Shown here in pieces: positions 54,410-62,255 of a stretch of DNA of 64,000 bases; positions within the stretch are counted from its first letter, which is position 1, and each line of letters begins with the position of its first letter. Made by a program: the position numbers and the translations under genes. The notes below the pieces were generated by a model. That model did not search any database and had not been told where the DNA came from. It saw nothing but the letters and a program-made list of their open reading frames with translations. Source of the DNA: a virus; the IMG/VR virus record IMGVR_UViG_3300021387_000700. One strand, 5' to 3'.

Positions 54410-54466
54410 GTAGGATAGATTGGAGTAGCTACCAACCGACAAGGGCAATCCAACAGCCCTTCCTAC
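54410..54466 (+). other. 57-nt three-way-junction inverted-repeat element
   Basis: Closing stem gtagga 54410-15 / tcctac 54461-66. Arms are ttgg-agtagcta-ccaa (54420-35) and agggc-aatccaaca-gccct (54442-60). TGTTGGA(T/A)T copies occur at 54447-55 (inverted), 54477-85 and 54493-501. Confidence 0.4.
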
Positions 54467-54509
54467 ATTTGCAATTTGTTGGATTTATAAATTGTTGGAA
54501 TTTGGAATT

Positions 54510-55100
54510 ATGAAAGAAAAAAAGAATCTAATTTATGGCGTTGGCATTAATGATGTTGACACAATTCGTGACTTTAACGGAAATGTTTTTGAATCATACG
54601 TAAAATGGAACGAAATGTTACGACGCTGTTATTCTCTATCATTTCGCTTAAAAAACACCTCTTATACTGGTTGTTCTGTTTGTGCTGAATGGCTTACGTT
54701 TAGTAATTTTAAGCATTGGTTTGATAGAAACTACATCAAAGGTTATCAACTTGATAAGGATATTCTTGTTAAGGGAAATAAGGTTTATAGCCCAGATACT
54801 TGCTGTTTTGTTCCGCAAGAAATAAACAACATATTAACCAAAAATAATAAGCATAGAGGCAATTTTCCTATTGGCGTATCTAAATATACAAACAAGAATG
54901 GTTTTGTGGCATCTTTAAGAATAAAATCTAAAACCGTATATTTAGGATATTACAAAACACCAAAAGAGGCATTTGCAGTATATAAAAAGTCAAAAGAAAC
55001 TTACATCAAAGAACTGGCTAACGAATATAAAGAAAAAGGGCTAATATCAGATATAGTGTATAACGCTTTGATGCGTTATGAAGTGAGTATTAATGATTAA
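54510..55100 (+). CDS. AP2-domain DNA-binding protein (homing-endonuclease-associated family)
   Basis: GVSKYTNKNGFVASLRIKSKTVYLGYYKTPKEAFAVYKK is AP2-like. An upstream Cys/Trp pattern reads W...C..C..W..F..F..W. Visibly more AT-rich than its neighbours. Confidence 0.5.
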   Translation: MKEKKNLIYGVGINDVDTIRDFNGNVFESYVKWNEMLRRCYSLSFRLKNTSYTGCSVCAEWLTFSNFKHWFDRNYIKGYQLDKDILVKGNKVYSPDTCCFVPQEINNILTKNNKHRGNFPIGVSKYTNKNGFVASLRIKSKTVYLGYYKTPKEAFAVYKKSKETYIKELANEYKEKGLISDIVYNALMRYEVSIND

Positions 55101-55150
55101 TTAAAAACAATTAGAGTTGGTGCGCCGACACGTATAGGCGTATAGTTTTT

Positions 55151-56116
55151 ATGACACCTTTTCAAGTTGCACTTTTCAAGCACTTTATTGAAGGCAAGGG
55201 TATGGTGACGATTTACATCAATCTGTACCGCAGGTATCACCTCAAGACTAACCCGATTAGCGTCGAGGAGTTTCTCTTCAAAGTTCCCGAAACGGAAGTA
55301 TGTACCAAGGCGTTCTATTGGGTAGCCAACATGAATTATGGCTATGACTATTGGACTCAGATGCAGTTGTTTTGGATGGAGTTTCTTGCATCCAACGAAA
55401 ACAACTACACGGCTGATGAATGGTACAAGCTGCAAGGCATGTCGAAAATCCTGCGCACGAATTGGGATGCGGCAAAACATTGGAAGATGGAAAACCGATT
55501 AACGGCGGCTATCCGCTTGGGTATTGACTTGAAGCTTATCGGCGCAGAGGACAAAGAGCCTACTGCCCCGCCTACGAAGCTATCCGAGGAATATCTTCGC
55601 GAAAGCACAAAGGCCGAAATCCTTAACCGCGACTTTTCTGCCGAGAAAGAAACATCAAAACAAGCGGATGCTCCAGCACCTGCGGATGCTATACCCAACG
55701 GTAGCAGCGTTTTGGGCGAGTTCATGTTCGTCGACCTTACACCCCGACGCCAGCTGAAAAAGGACGAGATTAGCATCAACCGCAGAAACAAGAAAGGCTC
55801 TGTAACATTCAACCTGCCATTATCCAAAGAGTTCCGTGAGCGTGGCGGCTATGAATATGCAGCCCTTATGCGTAACAAGGCTGGTGATGTCGTCCTTTTC
55901 TTGAACGATGTCAACGGCGTGCCGATGCTCGACGGTAACAGCAGCGGCGGTAACGGCAATTCCGTAATAAACAGCATTGAACTTGTATCACGGCTGTTTG
56001 TTCTCTTGAATCTGAACACCGACTATCATATCGTGAACATTAAGGAAATTGAGAAGACCGCAGACCATGTGGCCTATCAAGTTTATGTAAACAACAATAA
56101 TAACAATCAAAATTAA
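55151..56116 (+). CDS. hypothetical protein
   Basis: 321 aa with two domains joined by a P/A/E-rich linker. Confidence 0.5.
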   Translation: MTPFQVALFKHFIEGKGMVTIYINLYRRYHLKTNPISVEEFLFKVPETEVCTKAFYWVANMNYGYDYWTQMQLFWMEFLASNENNYTADEWYKLQGMSKILRTNWDAAKHWKMENRLTAAIRLGIDLKLIGAEDKEPTAPPTKLSEEYLRESTKAEILNRDFSAEKETSKQADAPAPADAIPNGSSVLGEFMFVDLTPRRQLKKDEISINRRNKKGSVTFNLPLSKEFRERGGYEYAALMRNKAGDVVLFLNDVNGVPMLDGNSSGGNGNSVINSIELVSRLFVLLNLNTDYHIVNIKEIEKTADHVAYQVYVNNNNNNQN

Positions 56117-56122
56117 AAAGCT

Positions 56123-56365
56123 ATGGCACAACCCAATTGGAATCCCGAATCTGCCAACACGCAGCGGGCGCAAATCGCCAACTATCTTATGGCTGGCAAC
56201 CACATTACACCACTTGAGGCTCTTAACAAGTTCGGTAGCCTCCGTCTTTCAGCCGTAATCTTTGACTTGAAAAAGCAGGGTTACAAAATCAACTCGCAAA
56301 AGGTCAAGACCGAAAGCGGGAAATTCGTTGCTGATTATTGGATTGATGAGGCCGACCGTATCTGA
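56123..56365 (+). CDS. winged-helix/HTH DNA-binding protein candidate
   Basis: 80 aa. ITPLEALNKFGSLRLSAVIFDLKKQGYKI resembles the small phage wHTH family. Confidence 0.4.
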   Translation: MAQPNWNPESANTQRAQIANYLMAGNHITPLEALNKFGSLRLSAVIFDLKKQGYKINSQKVKTESGKFVADYWIDEADRI

Positions 56366-56388
56366 GGCTTTCTAACGGCATTATCTGT

Positions 56389-56415
56389 GCAGGGCGGGTA
56401 AACTATCCGCTTTGC
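56389..56415 (+). terminator. hairpin after the wHTH gene
   Basis: Stem gcagggcgg / ccgctttgc (9 bp with G.U pairs) and a 9-nt loop. The T-tract is weak. Confidence 0.35.
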
Positions 56416-56463
56416 ACATTTGATGCGCTTACAGCGAAAGGAAACAACTTAAAATCATACACT

Positions 56464-56562
56464 ATGGCTATTGATTTACATACCTTATGGGAAATTGCAA
56501 AGATAACGGGCTGTTTCGTTATCTTGATATGGCTACTTAAACAACGCAAAAAATTTGAGTGA
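56464..56562 (+). CDS. 32-aa membrane micro-protein
   Basis: Reads MAIDLHTLWEIAKITGCFVILIWLLKQRKKFE. Confidence 0.3.
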   Translation: MAIDLHTLWEIAKITGCFVILIWLLKQRKKFE

Positions 56563-56563
56563 C

Positions 56564-56812
56564 ATGGCAGCAAAGAAATATAATCCCGTGACGTGTTTCA
56601 TGTATTATATAAACAACAGATTCACGCTTTCGGAGGCAATATCGCTGTTCGGCAAAGACCTTGGCACACACATCTACAATAAAAAGATGGAGGTTTCGCA
56701 ATGGTCTAACGACGTGACTATGACTTGGTATGCAGAGCTTGATACCGCCTGCAAGGATAAGTTAGTCCTTCGCGCCCAGCAGATTTACAACAAGACAAAA
56801 GTAACGGTTTAA
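56564..56812 (+). CDS. small hypothetical protein
   Basis: First ATG taken (MAAKKYNPV...). The track start is a TTG. Confidence 0.45.
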   Translation: MAAKKYNPVTCFMYYINNRFTLSEAISLFGKDLGTHIYNKKMEVSQWSNDVTMTWYAELDTACKDKLVLRAQQIYNKTKVTV

Positions 56813-56838
56813 AGTTTAACAATAAAAAATTAGGAACT

Positions 56839-57042
56839 ATGGCAAAGAAAATGATTAAGTTTACGGATAAGAACACGGGTACTTCACTCGAGATTCTTGT
56901 CGGCAGCTTGGGGCAGCATGTTTACAAGCTGACTAAAAGCGTTAATGAAATGAACGATGCTATCCGCTGGTGCAACCACCATGAGGTCGGCGAAAAGTTC
57001 GACTGCGAGCAGTATTCCTTGGAAATCATTAGTGTTGGCTGA
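56839..57042 (+). CDS. small hypothetical protein
   Basis: 67 aa. Confidence 0.45.
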   Translation: MAKKMIKFTDKNTGTSLEILVGSLGQHVYKLTKSVNEMNDAIRWCNHHEVGEKFDCEQYSLEIISVG

Positions 57043-57044
57043 AT

Positions 57045-57233
57045 ATGGCGCATGTACTTACGGATGCACAATTGGAGGCCATCTGTGAACGGTCTCCCGA
57101 TTGTGGTTGTAACTGCGCTCGCTGCGAAGCTTTCGCGGCAAACGTGCGGTACAATAACGGCGACTATGAAAATGATTCCAACTCCGATGATGATGAGGAA
57201 GATTGGGATGATGGCTACGGGACGCAATGGTGA
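57045..57233 (+). CDS. small Cys-rich/acidic protein
   Basis: 62 aa. Contains CERSPDCGCNCARC followed by an acidic tail. Confidence 0.45.
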   Translation: MAHVLTDAQLEAICERSPDCGCNCARCEAFAANVRYNNGDYENDSNSDDDEEDWDDGYGTQW

Positions 57234-57239
57234 AAAGCT

Positions 57240-57305
57240 ATGGCATTGGTTATCATCCTTATCTGCGCGATTTGGTGTATCGGCAGGATATATCGGCAAT
57301 GGTAA
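57240..57305 (+). CDS. 21-aa hydrophobic micro-ORF
   Basis: Reads MALVIILICAIWCIGRIYRQW. Confidence 0.2.
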   Translation: MALVIILICAIWCIGRIYRQW

Positions 57306-57358
57306 GTTAAGATAGGTTAAATTTTGGCTTATTGTTTGGTATATTAAAATATTCATCG

Positions 57359-57366
57359 TACATTTG
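57359..57366 (+). promoter_or_regulatory. -7 box TACATTTG (extended TACATTTGCACCGTGAAAC)
   Basis: Lies at the head of a ~520-nt stretch with no credible ORF. Near-identical to the box at 229-236. Confidence 0.45.
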
Positions 57367-57884
57367 CACCGTGAAACAAGTGTTGCAGGCTTGTGTATCG
57401 GTAAGAATTGGGAAACTTTTATCACAAACCCCCTATATTCGGCAATACCCCTATCTTGTGCTGCAACCACTTGATAGGGGATTCCTTTTATGGGGGGTTT
57501 CCTTTTTCACGAAACGGCATTTGAACGTCGCCAAGAAAGGATTTGCTGAAACGTGATAAAAGTAAGCAATATCGGTCACACCTCGATGTCGTGGATAAAG
57601 CTACCAAGAGGGGAACGTACTAAGGTAGCAAGTGCGGGTACGCCTTATCGGTGTTACGCTGGCTTGTACGACCGAAAGCAAATCGGGAACAGCGTATATC
57701 AATGGTATTTGCAATCCTGCCATTGTGTGTGAAGCGAGGGGCTCTAAGGGGGTCGTCTATGATTCATCGCAAAGCACAAAACCAAAGGCTGATAAAACGG
57801 CTTTTAGGGAATATTGTGCTTTCTTAGGGATAAGTAGGGTTTCTATAATTTTTTTAGGCTGGAATATAATAATTTTATTAATAT
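57367..57884 (+). ncRNA. candidate large structured non-coding RNA or long structured leader of the RNase H operon
   Basis: Nested pairings: cgtgaaa 57370-76 / tttcacg 57505-11; aaaccccc 57426-33 / gggggttt 57493-500; cccctatc 57449-56 / gatagggg 57473-80; agcaca 57772-77 / tgtgct 57825-30. Only TTG/GTG-start ORFs are present. Confidence 0.3.
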
Positions 57885-58346
57885 ATGGACTACGATTTTA
57901 TTGTTTATACAGACGGTGGCTATTCGCAGAAAGCGAATGTAGGTGCTTTCGCCTACGTTATATGTGATGGCCGATGCAATGAGATAAAACGTGGCGCATG
58001 GCGGGCAGAGCATGAAACAAACAACCGCATGGAACTAAAAGCCATTATTGCAGCCCTGCACCACATACCAGCAACAAACGTAAGTGTTCTTGTGCGTTCC
58101 GATTCACAATACGCATTATACACGCTAAACAAGTCATGGTCACGCAAGACTAACACCGACCTTTTCCCTATTCACGACAAAATCGTTGCAGAAAAGAATC
58201 TTGATGTTACATACGAATGGGTGAAAGGTCACAGCGGCAACAAGTTCAATGAGATTTGCGACCAGCTATGCAGCGAGGCCGCAGGCGTGGACTTAAATGC
58301 CGAGTATGAGTTCTATAAGCAATTGAAAAAGAATAAAAAGCAATAA
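57885..58346 (+). CDS. rnhA: RNase HI (paralog 1)
   Basis: DEDD residues are in context: VYTDGGY, NNRMELKAII, VRSDSQY, NEICDQL. Confidence 0.85.
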   Translation: MDYDFIVYTDGGYSQKANVGAFAYVICDGRCNEIKRGAWRAEHETNNRMELKAIIAALHHIPATNVSVLVRSDSQYALYTLNKSWSRKTNTDLFPIHDKIVAEKNLDVTYEWVKGHSGNKFNEICDQLCSEAAGVDLNAEYEFYKQLKKNKKQ

Positions 58347-58348
58347 TC

Positions 58349-58717
58349 ATGAGGTACTTTAACTATGATATGGCAAAGCGGATGCAGGGGACTCCCGAGA
58401 ATGAGGCTTTGCAGAAATATTTCCCCGACAGTGACAAATGGGGTGCTTGCGTTTATTTCACCCGTGACAAGACGGTTGATTTCGTTGAGATAAACACATT
58501 AACAAACTCAAGCATAAACGGCGCAACATGGACGCATTTCTGTAATATTCAGAATACGGGCGATGGTAAATGGGAGGTAAATACGCAGTTCAACGGCAAA
58601 TTGGAGGATGAAATGTGGATTTACGGCTACTACAAGTATTTCAAGGTTGCTTGCCATTGTGCCGCCAGCGAATCTTTCCGAAACAAGACACGTAAACCTA
58701 TAAAAATATACATCTAA
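58349..58717 (+). CDS. hypothetical protein between the two RNase H genes
   Basis: 122 aa. Confidence 0.5.
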   Translation: MRYFNYDMAKRMQGTPENEALQKYFPDSDKWGACVYFTRDKTVDFVEINTLTNSSINGATWTHFCNIQNTGDGKWEVNTQFNGKLEDEMWIYGYYKYFKVACHCAASESFRNKTRKPIKIYI

Positions 58718-58725
58718 CAAACATT

Positions 58726-59160
58726 ATGCACTATCTTCTTTATACCGACGGGGCATATTTCCCCGAACATGAGCGCAGTTCCATTGCTTACGTGATGATA
58801 CAAGCAGTACCAAAAAGAGAGGTGCGCCGCCTACATCAGACCGTAAAGGGCGAAACCAGCGGGCGTGCGGAGCTGAAGGCCATCATAAGTGCCGTGTACG
58901 CTTTACCCGAAGATGCCGATAGCTGCACCGTCATAAGCGACTCGAAATATGCGCTTGATGCTTGCAGTAAACGCTGCATACGATACAAGAATACGGATTT
59001 GCTTAACCTCTTTGATAACATCATTGAGTCGCGTGGCCTTTCGGTAACGTATTCTTGGGTAAAATCCCACAACGGGAACTTTTACAATGAGCTTTGTGAC
59101 TCTTTATGCCAGCAGGCAATAAACGAATACATTAACAACAAAAACAAAGAAAACGTATGA
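58726..59160 (+). CDS. rnhA: RNase HI (paralog 2)
   Basis: DEDD residues are in context: LYTDGAY, SGRAELKAII, VISDSKY, NELCDSL. Confidence 0.85.
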   Translation: MHYLLYTDGAYFPEHERSSIAYVMIQAVPKREVRRLHQTVKGETSGRAELKAIISAVYALPEDADSCTVISDSKYALDACSKRCIRYKNTDLLNLFDNIIESRGLSVTYSWVKSHNGNFYNELCDSLCQQAINEYINNKNKENV

Positions 59161-59348
59161 TTAAGATTTCAAAAAACATTTGGAAAAAGTTATTGGCAGC
59201 ATTAACCAACGATACCGTTTGGTCGGCTGTGGGTTTGTTCTTTGGTATCATCAACGGCTTCCGCCATTACTTTCACGAAGACCCGCTGCGTGGCATCTTT
59301 TGGATTGTAGTTGCTATTTTCTGTTTGGTGAACATGAAAGATAATTGA
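59157..59348 (+). CDS. small membrane protein
   Basis: 63 aa with two hydrophobic helices. ATGA overlap with the upstream gene. Confidence 0.45.
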   Translation: MIKISKNIWKKLLAALTNDTVWSAVGLFFGIINGFRHYFHEDPLRGIFWIVVAIFCLVNMKDN

Positions 59349-59349
59349 T

Positions 59350-59700
59350 ATGGCCGAAGTTTTTAACAATTATCTTTGCCACACTAACGAATGGCATTGG
59401 GGTAAGACGGTTGATATTATCCATAAACAAGGCATAGGTACAATCTGCGTCAAGCTGGAGGATGATTACCCCGTTACCGCTTATATCTGCGACCTATCCG
59501 TGTTTGTGCTTAACCGCAGGCAGGGTATAGGAACGGAGCTTATCAAAAACGCCTTGGCCGTTGCACGCAAGTATGGCAAAGTATTTGCCGAGCTTAACGT
59601 CGATAAAAACAAGGACTGGCTTGTGGCTTGGTATTCCTCTTTGGGATTTCAGATTACGTATATCGGAAAAGACGAGTACACAATGACGAAAACTTTATGA
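59350..59700 (+). CDS. GNAT-family acetyltransferase
   Basis: Motif A VLNRRQGIGTELIKNAL and C-terminal WYSSLGFQ. Confidence 0.6.
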   Translation: MAEVFNNYLCHTNEWHWGKTVDIIHKQGIGTICVKLEDDYPVTAYICDLSVFVLNRRQGIGTELIKNALAVARKYGKVFAELNVDKNKDWLVAWYSSLGFQITYIGKDEYTMTKTL

Positions 59701-59963
59701 AACAGAATTTATTCTCTACAGATTTATCAACGATGTACGATAAAGGCACTGAGGTTGTCGTATATTGTTACGAAAGCGAAAAAGACAAAGCGGAAAAGGA
59801 AACAAGAAAAATGGGATATATACCTATTGATTTTGTTTTTGTTGATAACGAGTATGGTATAAGTCATATAATTCCAAAAGGGCATTTCACTTGTGCGCCA
59901 AAAGTAAAAATACGCTGGGCTGCAAGTCCTTACACAACAATTTTTGCAAGAATGATGCTATGA
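59697..59963 (+). CDS. small hypothetical protein
   Basis: Start MKQNLFSTD. ATGA overlap with the GNAT stop. Confidence 0.4.
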   Translation: MKQNLFSTDLSTMYDKGTEVVVYCYESEKDKAEKETRKMGYIPIDFVFVDNEYGISHIIPKGHFTCAPKVKIRWAASPYTTIFARMML

Positions 59964-60253
59964 CAAAGGAAGAATTGATTTTTACGATTGACTACAACGT
60001 GAAAAGTATGGAGTTCGCCTGCGACGATGATAACTGCTTTAAGGCACATTTCGTCGACGAGAATGGTGAAACTTTCGATTTCACGGCATCCCGCCAAAAG
60101 GTGCTGGAGCACACAGAGCGTTTCAGCGCACACCCCGAACGGTATATATCCAACAAAGGGTTATGCGTCGCGCATTTTCACCGCATGGCTATCAATTGGT
60201 ACAAGAAAACACACCTATCAAAATGGGCGCAGGAACTTGTAAACAATAATTAA
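59960..60253 (+). CDS. small hypothetical protein
   Basis: Start MTKEELIFT. ATGA overlap with the upstream gene. Confidence 0.4.
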   Translation: MTKEELIFTIDYNVKSMEFACDDDNCFKAHFVDENGETFDFTASRQKVLEHTERFSAHPERYISNKGLCVAHFHRMAINWYKKTHLSKWAQELVNNN

Positions 60254-60297
60254 CTTAAATAAACGTAACAATACTTTTATATATGCCAAATTATTTG

Positions 60298-60305
60298 TAT
60301 CTTTG
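60298..60305 (+). promoter_or_regulatory. -7 box TATCTTTG(CA)
   Basis: Lies 18 nt upstream of ATG 60323. Confidence 0.5.
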
Positions 60306-60322
60306 CATCAAATTTCACGAAA

Positions 60323-60730
60323 ATGGCAAAATTGGATAAAAACATAGTATTGCTTGAGGGCTTGATTGGCGATGATTTCAAGTTTGGCAGGACGAGTGAT
60401 GCAAAGGAAATGGCAACATTCTCCCTCGCTATCAACTCCTACCTAAAAGAGCTGGCTGATGATACGGAGCGCACAAGGGCGCAAACCTACGTGCGCATAT
60501 TCGTATATGACAAGAAACTGCTCGATTATCTTCGCCGCATTGATGTGCATCGTGGTATGCGTGCATCCATCCTTGGCCGTTTAAGCAGCCATAAATCCGA
60601 ATACAAGGGCATTGAATACATTCAGCTGACCGTAATCGTTCGCGATATTGGCATTATTCAAACGAAATCATTCAAGAAACGTACAACAAAACCAAATTCA
60701 ACAGAAAATAATAATGAGCAAAAAGATTAA
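60323..60730 (+). CDS. ssb: single-stranded DNA-binding protein (OB fold)
   Basis: Contains NIVLLEGLIGDDFKF...ATFSLAIN...VRIFVYDK...ILGRLSS...LTVIVRDI. There is no acidic tip. Confidence 0.6.
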   Translation: MAKLDKNIVLLEGLIGDDFKFGRTSDAKEMATFSLAINSYLKELADDTERTRAQTYVRIFVYDKKLLDYLRRIDVHRGMRASILGRLSSHKSEYKGIEYIQLTVIVRDIGIIQTKSFKKRTTKPNSTENNNEQKD

Positions 60731-61037
60731 GAAAATCTATCTGTCCGCACCTATCAGCGGCTACGACATTCCCGAACGCCAGCAGACGTTTCAAGAAATG
60801 GAAACAAAGCTGTCTAAATTGGGCTATCAGATTCTAAACCCGATGAAAAACGGGCTTGATATAAGCGCACCAACATCTCATCACATGAAGCGTGATATTA
60901 TCATGCTCTTGCAGGCCGACGCCATTTTCCTTATGCAGAATTGGAACAAATCGGCTGGATGCCTTACCGAGCTGCATGTGGCAACCGCCTGCGGCCTTGA
61001 TGTGCTTTTTGAGGGTGTTTCAGAAGTTCAACTCTAA
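60714..61037 (+). CDS. DUF4406 / nucleoside 2-deoxyribosyltransferase-like protein
   Basis: Contains KKIYLSAPISGYD...ILNP...ADAIFLMQNWNKSAGCLTELHVA. Confidence 0.5.
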   Translation: MSKKIKKIYLSAPISGYDIPERQQTFQEMETKLSKLGYQILNPMKNGLDISAPTSHHMKRDIIMLLQADAIFLMQNWNKSAGCLTELHVATACGLDVLFEGVSEVQL

Positions 61038-61047
61038 ATAGACAATT

Positions 61048-61221
61048 ATGATAGCAACAATCATTCTACTTGTATTACATGTGCTTGATTTGGGTATTAA
61101 CCTTGGAAAGCACGGTGAGCCGAAAAGCGGTAATTATAATTTTTGGGTATCGCTTATCTGTTCGGCTATCATTATCTATCTCTACTATAAGGCAGGCTTA
61201 TTCAACAACTTTAATATTTAA
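61048..61221 (+). CDS. 57-aa membrane protein
   Basis: Reads MIATIILLVLHVLDL...WVSLICSAIIIYLYY. Below the ORF-track cutoff. Confidence 0.4.
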   Translation: MIATIILLVLHVLDLGINLGKHGEPKSGNYNFWVSLICSAIIIYLYYKAGLFNNFNI

Positions 61222-61227
61222 CAAGAA

Positions 61228-62241
61228 ATGGAAGAAGTAAAAGATTACAAGCAGGACGTCGCCCAAAGCCGTGTAGGTTGCTTGGGTAGTTCCGATGGCA
61301 AGATGCTGGCGCAGATTTGTGCGCTTGGCTATGTACCTAAATCAGCCCACAAGCGTTTGGCAATATGCAAGGGCTTGATTCCGCAGGAGGAGATTCCACG
61401 TACCGCAGCTATCAAGGCTGGTGACGAAATGGAAATGCTTATCTACAAGCACCTCGCCGCTAACGACCAGCGTTATCAGTCTAACCCAAAATGGGTGTCC
61501 GAAAAGTATTCGTATGCCAACGTTAAGCTGATTTCGCACCCCGACCTTGTGTTGCAGGATGATGCAAGAAAGATTCTGTTCATCTACGAGGTTAAGACCA
61601 CAAAGTACTCTATTGAGGAAACACGGCAGACCTACAAGGCACAGCTTTTCATTCACTATCTTCTTGGAAAGGAGATTACGGATAAGCTTGGCGATGGATG
61701 GCAGGTTAAGCTTAACTTGGTTCACTACAACACCGACGGATTAGACCTTGCAGAGGCATTGGCCAACGACGCGCTGGAGCTTGACCCCTCACGCCTTACC
61801 GTTAAGGAGGTTCGCTTTACATCTGCCGCATATTTCGACATCAAGAAATCCATGCAGCTTGTAAACGATTTCCTTTCTACGTTCGTCGAGTTCTACGAAG
61901 GCGATGAGGTGGATGCCAATCTGCTGCCAGCAGCCGTAAAGACTCAGTTTGAGGATATTGCGGTAGTGTTGCAGGAAATCAAAGACCGTGAAAACAAGGT
62001 CGATGAGTTCAAGAAACGCCTCTATGATTTCATGGTGGAAAAGGACATCAAGTCCATCAAGAACGATATGTTTGCCATTACCCGTGTAGACCCAACGGAA
62101 AGCAAGTCTTTCGACGGTAAGAAATACATGGATGATATGGCAAAGGAGCATCCACGCAAGGCAAAGAAAATCTTGGCTAAGTACACCAAGACCGTTAAGC
62201 GTAAGGGATATGCCACCATCAAGGTAAATGAAACAAAATAA
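61228..62241 (+). CDS. YqaJ/lambda-Exo-like PD-(D/E)XK recombination exonuclease
   Basis: Contains ISHPDLVL...LFIYEVKT (D...ExK). Lies upstream of RecT. Confidence 0.6.
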   Translation: MEEVKDYKQDVAQSRVGCLGSSDGKMLAQICALGYVPKSAHKRLAICKGLIPQEEIPRTAAIKAGDEMEMLIYKHLAANDQRYQSNPKWVSEKYSYANVKLISHPDLVLQDDARKILFIYEVKTTKYSIEETRQTYKAQLFIHYLLGKEITDKLGDGWQVKLNLVHYNTDGLDLAEALANDALELDPSRLTVKEVRFTSAAYFDIKKSMQLVNDFLSTFVEFYEGDEVDANLLPAAVKTQFEDIAVVLQEIKDRENKVDEFKKRLYDFMVEKDIKSIKNDMFAITRVDPTESKSFDGKKYMDDMAKEHPRKAKKILAKYTKTVKRKGYATIKVNETK

Positions 62242-62255
62242 ATTAATTTAAAATT

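Noticed and set aside
54410-54466. tRNA-like appearance: a 6-bp closing stem and a D-arm-like ttgg-agtagcta-ccaa.
   Set aside because: It has only two arms and 57 nt. It lacks an anticodon arm, a T-loop consensus and a discriminator/CCA context. It is kept only as an inverted-repeat element next to the recombinase.
57332-57967. ORFs 57332-57556 (74 aa) and 57632-57967 (111 aa) in the region I call a candidate ncRNA.
   Set aside because: They start at TTG and GTG and have no RBS-like context. The second overlaps the RNase H gene start out of frame. Their composition is unremarkable, and ORFs of this length are expected by chance here.
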